64,000 nucleotides of DNA from Octopus sinensis (lineage: Eukaryota): the NCBI RefSeq assembly GCF_006345805.1, contig NC_042999.1, forward strand, positions 127,596,001 to 127,660,000. Reading direction: 5' to 3'. The notes below the pieces were generated by a model. The model worked only from the letters and a program-made list of their open reading frames with translations, was not told the DNA's origin and ran no database searches. Shown in pieces: positions 11,870-23,197 of the stretch; within the stretch, counting starts at the first letter, position 1, and each line of letters starts with the position of its first letter. The position numbers and the translations under genes are program-made.

Positions 11870-12075
11870 ATAAGGCGGCGAACTGGCAGAATCGTTAGCA
11901 CGCCAGGTGAACTGCTTAGCGGCATTTCGTTCGTCGCGACATTCTGAGTTCAAATTCCGCCGAACTTGACTTTACCTTTCATCCTTTCGGATAAAATAAG
12001 TGCCAGTAGAGCACTGGAGTCGATGTAACCGACTTAACCCTTTCCCCAAAATTGCTGGTCTTGTGTCAAAATTTA
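11870..12075 (+). mobile_element. SINE family A, CpGs retained
   Basis: ATAAGGCGGCGAACTGGCAGAATCGTTAGCACGCCAGG...AAATTCCGCCGAACTTGAC...GGAGTCGATGTAACCGAC. Confidence 0.85.
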
Positions 12076-12689
12076 TGTATGATATAATGTGTTGATAAGG
12101 AAAAGGTAAGGAGTTAAATTAGTTACTGAGAGCTTCAGAGAATGCTTAAATTTAACTCAGTCAATTATGATATCAGTTTCTTGGATTCAAATTTTTGTTC
12201 ATATTTGTATGTTGTTTCGAAATGACAGATGTAACTCTAGGCAAATTTTCTTCTGATAAATGCTCGCAAAATAATGATCGCCATAATTAGCCATGTCAGC
12301 AGCTTTTAGAAATGAGAGAAACCCATCAGTTTTTATTTTTTACAATGAATTTGTTATCGTCAATAAGCTTCATTAGTATGCAACTAGACACTTACATGAA
12401 ATCTTTTTTTAAATGAAAATGGGTTTGAAAAATGTGTGTGCAGTTTTATTTAGTCAAATAGCAGGAACGACTTTGAAGTGATTCGTGCAGTGACCTGATT
12501 TTTTTTAAAACATATTTTGTAAAATTGCCAATATTCTCAGTACATTCATTCCACTCTGCTTTTTTAAGTGCGAAAGCTGGTTCAAATCCTAATTTTCTAG
12601 GTGAGAGATGAACGGCTTTGATATCATTTACTAACCAAGGCAACAATTTGTTCTTGTCTTGTTGCACCAAGTAAGAATATTCTTTTCTA

Positions 12690-13080
12690 CTCAGGCACAA
12701 GGCACGAAATTTTGGGGGAGGGGGCCGGTAGATTACATCGGCCTCAGTACGCAACTGGTACTTAATTTATCAGCCCCGAAAGGATGAAAGGCAAAGTCGA
12801 CCTCGGCGGAATTTGAATTCAGATAGTAAAGACTGACAAAATGCCTATTTCTTTACTACTCACAAGGAGCTAATCACAAAGAGGACAAGCAAGGACAGAC
12901 AAAACGGATTAAGTCGATTACATCGACCCCAGTGGTAACTGGTACTTAATTTATCGACCCCGAAAGGCTGAAGGCAAAGTCGACCTCGGCGGAATTTGCA
13001 CTCACAACGTAACGGCAGACAAAATGCCTTTAAGCATTTCGCCCGGCGTGCTAACGTTTCTGCCTGCTCGCCGCCTTCAC
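12690..13080 (-). mobile_element. Two tandem SINE family A copies (partial 12690-12850; full-length long-tail variant 12850-13080)
   Basis: Both contain CCCCGAAAGG(A/C)TGAAGGCAAAGTCGACCTCGGCGGAATTTG; the second ends CATTTCGCCCGGCGTGCTAACGTTTCTGCCTGCTCGCCGCC. Confidence 0.9.
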
Positions 13081-13129
13081 CAAGTAAAAATATTGAATCA
13101 AATAGTTTCATAAAAGGACTGCTCCTTTT

Positions 13130-15790
13130 TCCTTCTCAAAAATTATGAACTATATTTTTCAGTTTCCAAAGTCTTGTCCTCTCGAAAGGCAGCGCCTCTC
13201 GCAGTAGAGGACGAAACTGCTATATTCCAAACATAAAATTTTATGATATTCTCTGAATTCTTATCTGTTCAGTGTTTCTGCTTTAATTTTATTTGTGCAT
13301 TTCATAACCGTTGACATCACGTTACATAAAGATTTCCATGCAAAGACTCTTAGTATATAATACTGTGAGGATTTAATAAAGACAATGAAAAGATTTCGAA
13401 TACAACTGTCAACAGAAATACCAACGATTTTATTGAAATTTAAAGCTTTTCTGGACACGATTTTACTTCGTCAGATCTATTTGATCCCCCTGGTTTCTAG
13501 GAAGTAATTCAAGGGCGATAATTCTTCATCAGTTCCGCTTATAAAAATTCTCAATTTGGCTATATCACGTGTAAATTCGTCCGAAGCTAAAGAAAATAAA
13601 AGTGCCAACATTTCAGTAACTCAGATATACATGTATCACGATATATCACAAGGGTATTCTATGAAACTGTTTGCTTTGACAGAACAATTTCATATACATT
13701 TCTTTCCTTTCGATATTGTTGTTACTGCAGATATTTAGGGACAGGGTTTAACTATTTCTTTTCTATCAGAGTAAATTCCCCCTCCCCCGTTTTTCAACCA
13801 ACGTCAATGCAATATCATTGGACGTTTCTTTCACCACTAAACTACCACAACTTCTTCCAAAAGATATACTTGTCTTCTCTTGATTTTTCCTTGGTCATCC
13901 AAGTGCGTCTAAATAAAAGCATCTCATCTTGTCCTGCCCTCCTCTCCCACAGATACAGCTTCATCACTGCCGTTCAAGAATTTGCACCTGGAGATCTCCA
14001 TTTCCAGCGACTTCGAGGGCCACCTCCCAGTGGTGTCGAGCGTCAACGAAGATATCCAAAGTTTTTTTTTCCCAAGGTCTGGGGTCTCCCGCCCCCTAAG
14101 CCCTAGACCATCACCTAATCACCCTTACCCGTCTTGTTGCTTAACAACAAAAGCTTCATCACAGCGTTTACCAGCTCCCGATGTTCATGGTTTAGTAAAT
14201 AGAGCTAGAGTGGATTGTGTCGAACAACAGTCAACCGACCCACCCCACCCCATTTATAAGAAGGGCGCCTAAAGACCAAGTACTCGTCGATATGTTCCAT
14301 TTTTCTTTGAAAATTTAAGTTAATAAAAAAAAAAAAAACTACCTTTTGCAGTGGCTTCATCATTACCCGGAATAAGATCTTTTATCGTTGTATTCATCTC
14401 AGAATTCTAATCCATTGAAATGGCGGATGCATTAAAGAACTTCTTGGAAATTCGGTATATTGTTGTCCCTGCAAGGGTGTTATGTAATCCTGTATTTTCG
14501 GAGACCTTCAATCTGATTCATGCTTCCTTCACTATTAGAAACCTTTCTGCCTGTACCATCCTTAAGTCTAAATGGAATTCGAACGTGTAAAAGTAACATT
14601 TTAAGATGCTCGACAGCATGTTCCTGTCTCTCTCGACAATACTTGTTATTCATCTGGTAAGTGCACTGCTGGGTGACACACTATATAAGAGCTAAGAGTG
14701 TCCATACATACATTTTGACAGTAACTGCATAGTTTTATATATAGAAATGTATCTGCACGATAAAGGTTGTTTGATTTCATATTATTGATTCTGTTTTATC
14801 TTTTGTTTTATTATTGATGACTGGTCTACTGCTAACTTCTATTAAAACGTAACCGTATCCTTTCTACATGTACTTGAAAAGATATTTTATGCTTATAATT
14901 GATCACTACACTTTCAGGTTTAGTTGAGCTTCATATTTCATGAAGGGCTGCCTGGTGCAGAGTACTACAATCCTATTTTTCTATATGATGACCTCCAACC
15001 CGAACAGTTCCCCAATTACTTCATCTCTTCGCAGGGTAACCATTTGTTTCACGAAATTCCTTCACAAGCTTTTTCTGGTATTTATCCACTCTTCATACAA
15101 ACGTAATTTAAGCTTTCTGGTCCACAATAAACCATTAATTTATCAGTATTATTAATATGCGGCAGTATGAAAATCTTCTCTTCTGAAATTCAATAACATG
15201 CACATGAGCCTCTGGCATACCAAGTACATGTCTATCCCGAATATCTACCCATCTTATTTTCTGTTTCTCATGTTCCGAAAATAATCTTGTTTCTTCTTCA
15301 CTCATATTTGTCCTTCTCCCCTATTCACTGCCCCTCAAATACTGAAGAAATTTGTTCTCCTTTCTTTGCTCTTATTTATCCTTCTCTCTTATTCTCAGTC
15401 TCTCATATTCCAATGGTAATTTCTTCTTTATTCGTGCTTGTTCTCTCCTTTTCATATTTTTCAAAATTTCACTTATTTATTTTCTGGTTCATATTACCTA
15501 TGTGTATTGTATCCATTTACAGTGGATTTCAGAGAATTTCTTCTCTGTTTCATTATTGATGCTGCTGTTATACGTTATGATACTTCTCTTTTCTGTTCTG
15601 CAACACTTACTCCCTCTGTGTATGTCTTAAATGTGCTCGGGTTTCTTGTATCCTTTGTCTGATGCGGATTCGAATTTCCTGACGCTTCTCTTTTAGTAAA
15701 CGTTCACATCGTTGTCTTCTACGTTCTCGCGCTGATGATTCACTGTCTTCTACGTTGGTTTTTCTTTTTATTTGGCAAAATAAAACTAAA
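13130..15790 (-). mobile_element. Heavily decayed, internally deleted autonomous Helitron (RepHel) relic
   Basis: In correct order on the minus strand: Arg-rich N-terminus (SARERRRQRCERLLKEKRQEIR), HIGNMNQ, Rep motif VHVIEFQKRRFSYCRILIIL (about 15140-15200; consensus VIEFQKRGLPHxHIL), AVHLPDE and LLLHV (about 14550-14670), Walker-A-like SGAGK, TPLGGGPRSRWK (GGRTAHSRFK), FWKKLW*FSGE (FGGK.VV..GD), SLCN...KIKAETLN and LKNIVHN at the left end. The helicase matches are by eye and weaker than the Rep motif. Confidence 0.7.
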
Positions 15791-16809
15791 TAAAACAGAT
15801 ATCTTTCATGGGTAGCCTGATTTGTAGGATGCTATAAGCCGGATACATTTAACGAAGAAAATAGTACTTTAATTAATCATAAGGCAAAGACAGACACAGG
15901 GATTTGAGCGTTAGACAACATTCAGTAAATGAACTATATGTCCCTATATGTAAAGACGTGACGAATTGATAGCAGCAAAATATATCGGATGACAATTTAA
16001 GATAACTACGTGAAATATACGCTTTGAGTTATCTGCATCTAATGCTTTTTGAAAAGTAAACATGACATGTCTTGTATGAATGTTACAGTGTTAGATGTTG
16101 AGTACAATAAGTTCACATGCTGTTCACGTGTATGCATGTATTCTGACTTGGGGACAGCTGCTACATTTTATTTTAAATTGTGGTAAATTATATTTCTTAA
16201 GTTATATTCTTCGTTGCCTGTGAAAAACAAATAACACTTATTCCCTTAATGATGTAAATTAACTTTGAGAGGATAATTCTTAATTTTTGTTTACACCATC
16301 TCCTCTTTACTCTGCGAGATGCTCATAACTATCTCTCGGTTTTGTTGTCTTCCTCCAACTAAGAGGTGAATTTCAATTAAGAATATTTTGTATACATCAC
16401 TTTTTAACGTATTTGCCCAAATTCAAACCATTGGTTCATTTGAATTACTTCCCCTAATTCATTTTATTCTTAATTATGCAAATTATACTGATAAAATTTA
16501 ATTTCTTTTTTTTTATGTAAAAATCTTTCATAAGTGATCGTGTAGGGTTAAGCAACATACACTATGCTGACGAGATCTAATGGGCTGAAACATACATATA
16601 TAATAGTCCTTTGCCTGCAAAGAAATATCACTTTACCTAGACATGTAAATAAACTTAACGATATTATTAATTTTTTGAAATTATCTCCCCCTCCTTTTCT
16701 GGAAATTGCTTAAAGTTGCCACTACGTTGCTCTCTCGGTCTCTCTCCTCTCTCAAGATGAAATTTTCAACCAATAAATTTTTTCGTATGGTATTCGATAC
16801 ATCCACCTT

Positions 16810-16874
16810 TTTGCTTATTTAGTTAAATTTCTCACAACTCATGCAGTTGTGAGAAATTTAACTAAATAAGCAAA
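16810..16874. repeat. Perfect 30-bp inverted repeat with a 5-nt loop
   Basis: TTTGCTTATTTAGTTAAATTTCTCACAACT-CATGC-AGTTGTGAGAAATTTAACTAAATAAGCAAA; 30/30 pairs checked. Confidence 0.95.
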
Positions 16875-17489
16875 TTTTCACTTGAATGTTTTTCAAAAAT
16901 GTAATTTTGAAGAAGTTTTGCTGCTGATGACGAAAAGTGCATTCATTTCTTCTAGAAATTACTAAGTTGTAAGAAATTTAACAACGTTCCTTATTTATCC
17001 ACATCATTGTCCTATAATAATTACCTTAGCTAATTTTAGGAAAGACCCACACCCCATTTTCTCCCAAATTTGTTTATTAAAAAAAATTTTTTTTTTGCCA
17101 AAAATCTCCGTTTTCGGATACGGATGTTCCGGAAAATTGCCAAAAATCGGCATTGTGAAAAATTTTGCCCCACCCCAGCTTCTTCAATTTTGACTTTTTT
17201 CCACACTAACCGTAAAACCCTAACCGTATGTACATAAATGTTTTGAAATTTTTGTCCGAATCCTGATGTCCGTATTTTTCCGCATATTTGGAAAAGAAAA
17301 AAATTCTCAAAAAGTTTAAAATGAAGGAAATGGGGGTGGAAGTGTAATTTACAAATGTCAATTTTTTTTTTTGCAGATTCGTATTCCTCGTAGCCGAAAA
17401 GGAGGGTTTGTGTGTGTGTGTGTGTGTGTGGGGGGTTAAAATAGGGGTTGGGAGATGGGGTGACGGGCGGAAGTCTTGCCTTCATTTGA

Positions 17490-17840
17490 TATCTTTTACT
17501 TGTTTCAGCCATTTAACTGCGGCCATGCTGAGGTACTACCTTGAAGGGGTTTTGTCGAACATATTGACCCCAGGGCTTATTTTTTAAAGCAGGATACTTA
17601 TTCTATCGCTCTCGTTTGTGGAACCGCTCAGTTACGAGGGTATAAACACAGACATAAAGACACACGTAGAGATATATTCGATGGGCTTCTTTCAGTTTCC
17701 GTCTACCAAATCCACTCACAAGGCTTTGATCGGCTCGAGAGAATAGTAGAAGACACTTACCCGGTGTCACACAGAGGGGCTGAACCCAGAACCATGTGAT
17801 TGGGAAACAAGCTTCTAACCGCACAATCACGCTTGCGCTT
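17490..17840 (-). mobile_element. SINE family B, near full length with intact head
   Basis: CTTTTACTTGTTTCAGCCATTTAACTGCGGCCATGCTG...AACCATGTGATTGGGAAACAAGCTTCTAACCGCACAATCACGCTTGCGCTTAT. Confidence 0.85.
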
Positions 17841-19179
17841 ATATATATATATGTGTGTGTGTGTGTTTGTTTGTGTGTGTGTGTGTATTTAGATAGATAG
17901 ATATTAATAGAAATTTTGTATGGTCTTGTCGTGGGTTTCGATTAGTTGAGATTAAGCAAGCAATTACTTAGCATTTTAAGATTTAAAGCACTTCCTTAAT
18001 TTATTTATTGCTTTGATGATTTCAGTTAATCGAGGTTTTTCATATTAGTTTTCATTACAGATTTTTATTGGAATCAAATAAGATCTCGTTCTAAAACCAC
18101 TCTTATACCTATGTAACTGCTAGCACCAATCATTTATCAGATTTTTTCTCTCAAATATCGTTTTATGTGCAACTGGCACAGATTACCGTACTCAGTTACC
18201 TAAACTCTTCCTTATCTCCAACCTGTGTGTTCTGTTTCTCTCTACAAGTGACAGGTCATGTATGTATCTGAGCGAGTTCGTATATGTCTGTGTGTATCGC
18301 TTTGCCATAGACATGCATGCGCGCGCAACGTTTTTATTTATACGTTTGTGTGTGTATCTCTGAGTGTAAATAACACGCATGTGTGTAGAACCTGTTATTT
18401 TTTGGCTGTGGGCCGAGATACTATACCGATTTAGCGAATTGGTTTCAATACCCAATTCATTTTCATTGATATTATAGTAGATAAAACAAATGAATGCTGC
18501 TTGCGTCACCACCATTCCACACTCACAGTTTCAATTATTCTTGAAATCAAATTAACAAGTATAAATAGTTATTTTTATTGCTGTTTAGATCTACGTCAGC
18601 TCAGTTTTAGTACATCCATGATCGAAGGCAGTCTGGCCAAGACCATCCTGCCTTTTATGTATTTCTTCTTCGTACATTAGGCTTATCACAAACAAGATTA
18701 TCTAATGTGGCGTTTCTAATTTTCTTTTTCTTAATACAGTACAATGTGATTTGAGGGAGATTTGGATGCCATTACTTCTAGCATGTTGAACGACTGAGCT
18801 AAGATTCCTTTTTGTGGGTCTCGTCTATGCATGCTTTGAATTAGCACCTGTATCCTCATTGCCGTTCTCTTTCTACAAAAGCTACAAGCATTCATTATTT
18901 CTTCGTTAGATTCAGTAATAATTACTGACAAAAAAAAGTCCTCGAATTACATGAATCGATCTTCTTCATAAGTGTCTCTAATCTTACAATCAAATACTGA
19001 CTGAGCTTTAAAAGGGGGTGGGGAACATGCAGGTCCTTGTAATACGACTGGGTACAGGCTCACTTGTTAGTTAATGAGTTTAACAGGTGTTAAACAAGGT
19101 GCTTGCAAAAAAAAGCAACTTGACTGCTCATTTAAACCTTTCATTCCAATTTTACCCATTCGATGTTTAAAAAATCCTA

Positions 19180-19573
19180 GGATCTTTTCGGTTTGATCGG
19201 CAGTTTTTTCTATCGGTGTCATATGAAATTGTCACCCATAATTATGACCCTAGTATCGATCTATTGCATTTCAATCTGTTTTAGGGTTTAGGGTTAGTTA
19301 GGGGTGGGGGAAGGGTATCTATTTTTCTTCACAAATGTAAATAAACCCAATCTGTTTCTTAAACGAGGGACACATTCATACGGCACAGAATGATTGAAAT
19401 TGCAGAAATTGAAGAAAAAAAAAACAGCAAATATCTTACAAACTATAGAATTTTCTCAGTAAAGCCAAGAGAAAAAGATGTTTTATAAACACATTCTACC
19501 AGTATACAAAGTTTAAAATTTTTTTGTTATCTAGAAATTATGTTAAAAACTGCCGTTCAAACTGAAAAGATCC
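19180..19573. mobile_element. 394-bp MITE, ~29-bp TIRs starting GG, 8-bp TSD (Merlin-like by end structure only)
   Basis: Left GGATCTTTTCGGTTTGATCGGCAGTTTTT, right AAAAACTGCCGTTCAAACTGAAAAGATCC. TSD AAATCCTA at 19172-19179 and 19574-19581. Confidence 0.85.
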
Positions 19574-19752
19574 AAATCCTATTTATTTTTATAATTAGAT
19601 ATTATTAGGAATTGTATTTTTTTTAAAATTGTTAAAATATTTTATGCATTGTAGAAGTATAACAAATATATTCCACATGAATTTTAACAAAATCCTACAT
19701 GGACCCACCCCACCCCGTTCTCAGGGCAAATATGGACCCAAATTGAGAACCT
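19574..19752. mobile_element. Right part of a hAT-type MITE (same family as 34049-35118) interrupted by the 19180-19573 MITE
   Basis: ...TTTTAACAAAATCCTACATGGACCC...ATATGGACCCAAATTGAGAACC matches the end AAATCTTATATGG...GTTGAGAACTACTG of the 34-35 kb element and the fragment at about 55490-55550. Confidence 0.6.
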
Positions 19753-20142
19753 CATTTAAACCATGCAAAATGCAAATTATACAAGATGTCAGAAGAACCC
19801 GGTAATGCCACCGGGTGAAAAGTACGAACATGACAACTTCCCATATTCCTCTAACATTTAACATGATCAAAAGAAAACAACATTACTACTACTTTATGAA
19901 CTACGGGAAAACAAATGTTTAAACTAAGTGATCTAACTCACAGCCATAAATTATTGGCAATTTATATCAGTGATAAATAATGAATTTCTGTCGTATGACG
20001 ATGCGGATTTAGTAATTCGAGTCACTGAATTATCTACTCCTGAATTAACAGGTCTGAGTATTCCACAGACATGTGCACTCCTTAAGGTAATTCCCAGGCA
20101 GAATCAACCTGATATTGTGTAGCAAGGCTGTATCTTCTAAAT

Positions 20143-20412
20143 CAGTGGTACACAAAGTGGTGGTCCGCGGGCCATCGGCTACCGGTACGCGGCGAGTTTC
20201 CAGAAAAGACATATAAAATGCTTATGTAATACTGTATTATTTCTTTACAAAATAAATACAAGATAAAAAAAAAAACAACTTGTCAACTTTTATTATATTC
20301 ATTATATATATTGTTTCCAGTATAAATTAATATTACTAAGAAATATTACCGGTCCCTGGCACATTGGGAAAAAAATGCCGGTACGTCACATTAAATAGTT
20401 TGAGAAGCACAG
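20143..20412. mobile_element. 270-bp hAT (Charlie-like) MITE
   Basis: Ends CAGTGGTACACAAA...TTTGAGAAGCACAG; 8-bp TSD TTCTAAAT at 20135-20142 and 20413-20420, resembling the NTCTAGAN Charlie target. Confidence 0.8.
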
Positions 20413-20614
20413 TTCTAAATAACAAACACATTCCATCTGACAGTTTCTGTCACCCTATTTCCTTCACAGTGTATTGGTTGACTCAAAGTTCTAGAAAATT
20501 ACATTTATCTAAGATGCCGCGCTATGGGAACAACCTCGGAACCTTTTGGTTGCGAAGTGAGCTTTATAACTAATCGGCCATAAGTGAATGAAAATGGGAG
20601 ATTATATATATATA

Positions 20615-21128
20615 CTAGCAGTATCGCCCGGCGTTGCTCGGGTTTGTAAGGGAAATAACTATATAAGCATTTTTAGAGAGTTACTTCCCTTATAGATGCC
20701 AATTCGGGCTTTCTTAGCCATTTCTGTTTTGGTGGCTTCAAGCCATGAAGTCGTTGTTCTAAAAGAACGCTGGTCTCCTTGACAACGCTTTACGATGTTG
20801 ATTTCCTTACACTCCCTTCCCCACAGCTTCACGAGGGAGGGAAGAAGGGGGGAAAAGCAAACAGGTGCAGCTGTGAGCGTGGACGCCAACTCCGCCGCCA
20901 TCGACACACGAAAAATTATGCATTAAAATGGAATAAAAAATGATGTTAAATTATTTTTAAAATCGTAGACTCATCGTAGACGCGCGCTAATAGCCAGACG
21001 GGCTCGATATGAATCACGACTATAAGGTACCCGCTTTTGGTTAAACTGCACCGCAAAATGTGGGAGTAGTTAGGAATTTAAATCGAAGGGGACAGACACT
21101 CACACAACTACAGTTTTATATATATAGA
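20615..21128 (-). mobile_element. Non-autonomous Helitron, young copy 1
   Basis: Minus strand 5' TCTATATATATAAAAC; 3' hairpin CCCGAGCAACGCCGGG then CGATACTGCTAG; inserted between A and T; near-identical to 50548-51044. Confidence 0.92.
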
Positions 21129-21334
21129 TTTATATATATAGATATATAAAGCCTTTTTCATATGTATTGGTGTGAGTAATAGCAGCTGTTTTGTCAAGTT
21201 TCTTTACAATGCTTTTAAAATTTTCTCTCTAACATAAATATTGCCCATCGGAAAACATAAAGCATTATATATATATATATATATATAGCCATTGTTACAT
21301 TGTTGATAATCGAAAAGAAACAGATATTTCGTTT

Positions 21335-21800
21335 TAGGTTGATGAATTATGTAGGGTAGAAAGATGGTAGAAGCATCAGATCGTCGGGGAAATGCCTTGC
21401 AGTATTTGTTACGGTTTCGAGTTCGAATCCAGCCTAGGTCGACTTTGCCTTTCACCTTCACATGGTCCATAAAATAAAGTACGAGTTATGTACTGAAGTC
21501 AATTTAATCGTCTACATATTCTCAAATATCCGGTAATTTTGTGCGTGCCTATGTAGGAGATTATTATTATTGTTGTTGTTGTTGTTGTAAGGGCGGAAGC
21601 GGCAGAGTGCAAGTATTAAGTTAGATTTTCCTTTAAGTTCTGGGTTTAAAAAAAAGACAACAAAAATCATGTCGGATCGATTTTTGCCTTTCATCTTTTC
21701 AGGGTCGATATGAATAATTACTATTCAACTAGCGTGAATTCAATCGTCTATACCCACTCCACTCATAAATTTGTAGCCCCGAAGCCAAATGGAAGAAATC
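21335..21800 (+). mobile_element. Two diverged SINE family A-related copies
   Basis: GAGTTCGAATCCAGCCTAGGTCGACTTTGCCTTTCA (about 21420) and TTTTGCCTTTCATCTTTTCAGGGTCGATA (about 21680). Confidence 0.6.
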
Positions 21801-22559
21801 GATATCTAAATATGACCATTAAGTTTTATCACTTGCGCGTGCGCGTGCACACACACACACACACACAGGTAATCGTAGAGTAAGCAGCAAGTTGTAAATT
21901 TGAGTACGCGAAAAAGATAACTTATAAAGATATACATGACGAAAGATATGTATCTCTTGCTTTTGTGTGTATACTTGTATATCCGCTCGTTTTTTCCTTA
22001 TGTATCTACTTGTCTGTCTGTCTATTTCGCTTGCTCTTATTAACACTTCAAAGCTTAACATACCCGCACACATGCATAATAAAAGAAAAAGAAATTCCGC
22101 GCAAACAATGAAACGGGCGAGGAAGTCAGTCGAGACGGTTGACTTGCATTGAATATTGACAGAAAACTCGTTTTTTATCTTATGATGCCCTAACTGCAGT
22201 TGAAAGAAGACCAAGATTCTGGAGAAAAGGGTTACAAACACAGCGGTGTTAAAAGTAATTTTTAACATGTGTTAAATGTTACACATTTCTAAAATCGATG
22301 TTCCTTATTCGATACGTACTTTTTCATCGATGTCGAAAATTTGAAGTGTTAATAATTATAATAATGAATAAATTTTAGCAAAAGCAAAAAGCCCACAAAC
22401 TTCAAATAATTAAATCCAGTAACGTAGAAGAGTGAATGGAGTCGACAGCTATATCTACTCAGAGTAATATGAAGACAGCTCAAGCGCATTGAGGAAGAAT
22501 GTTGGAACAAGTTATAAAATTTCCTTTCAAACTACTCCTCATATTCACTTAGCTTGTCA

Positions 22560-22860
22560 AGAGCTTGAGAGAGAAGAAGGGGGAGGAAGCGACTAAAGAC
22601 TAATTTGTGAATGCGGAGTGAGAGCGTTCAGTTTAGTAAGAGGAGGAAGACGGAGGAAGAAACAGCAGCAGTGGAAGCAAATCTTGCGGAGAGTGACAGG
22701 CCTTGCTTGCTTATGGTGTGCTGCCCACGTGACGTAGTAGGCAAGTGCGCTCTCTCTCTCTTTCTGTCTGTCTCTCTCTCTACCTCCCTCTCTCTCTTAG
22801 TCTGTCTCTCTCACTCACTCTATCAACTAGCTCTTCCTGCACCCGATATCTAGGTCACTC
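22560..22860 (-). promoter_or_regulatory. Candidate promoter / 5' UTR start with overlapping E-box and CRE-like site
   Basis: Non-repeat, CpG-containing segment with CCACGTGACGTA at about 22725-22736 between CT/GA-rich tracts; possible minus-strand donor GCGG|GTATGT at 22064/22063. Orientation is inferred. Confidence 0.35.
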
Positions 22861-23157
22861 CAGAGGCTCGTTTGTTGTTCTCTAGCAAAACAGCGCAGCT
22901 CTTTTTGCTTCAAATGTAAATTAAGCCGTGAATTCGGTTTCTTCCATCATGTTGGAAATCGTCATAAGGTAAGATATTTCCACTTGCCTCAATCGTTCTT
23001 TCATGGGAAGCCTTTCGGTTAAACAAGTTTATTGAGAACGAGAGCGCTGATTGGGTTTTTTTTTTTTTACTTTTTACTCCTCTTGTCAAATCGGCATGTT
23101 CATTTAAGTAATCTATTATTATTTTGCTGTATGCTTGCATATACATATATCTATCTA

Positions 23158-23197
<40 letters not shown>

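Noticed and set aside
12601-12670. Segment bounded by a good acceptor (TTTTCTAG) and donor (CAA|GTAAGA)
   Set aside because: Stops in all three frames; spliced to the 8385-8459 candidate it terminates after three codons. At most a non-coding exon, and unsupported.
12446-12754. 102-aa minus-strand ORF
   Set aside because: Starts inside a SINE tail; no recognisable domain or splice context.
17036-17512. 158-aa minus-strand ORF
   Set aside because: Runs from a SINE tail through (CA)n and a poly-A/T-rich unclassified repeat; composition is non-coding.
19283-19305. TTAGGG-like tract as an interstitial telomere
   Set aside because: Imperfect and internal to a TIR/TSD-bounded MITE.
21819-22268. 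149-aa minus-strand ORF near the candidate promoter
   Set aside because: Crosses a probable donor site and (GT)n repeat; no domain; more consistent with UTR/intron.
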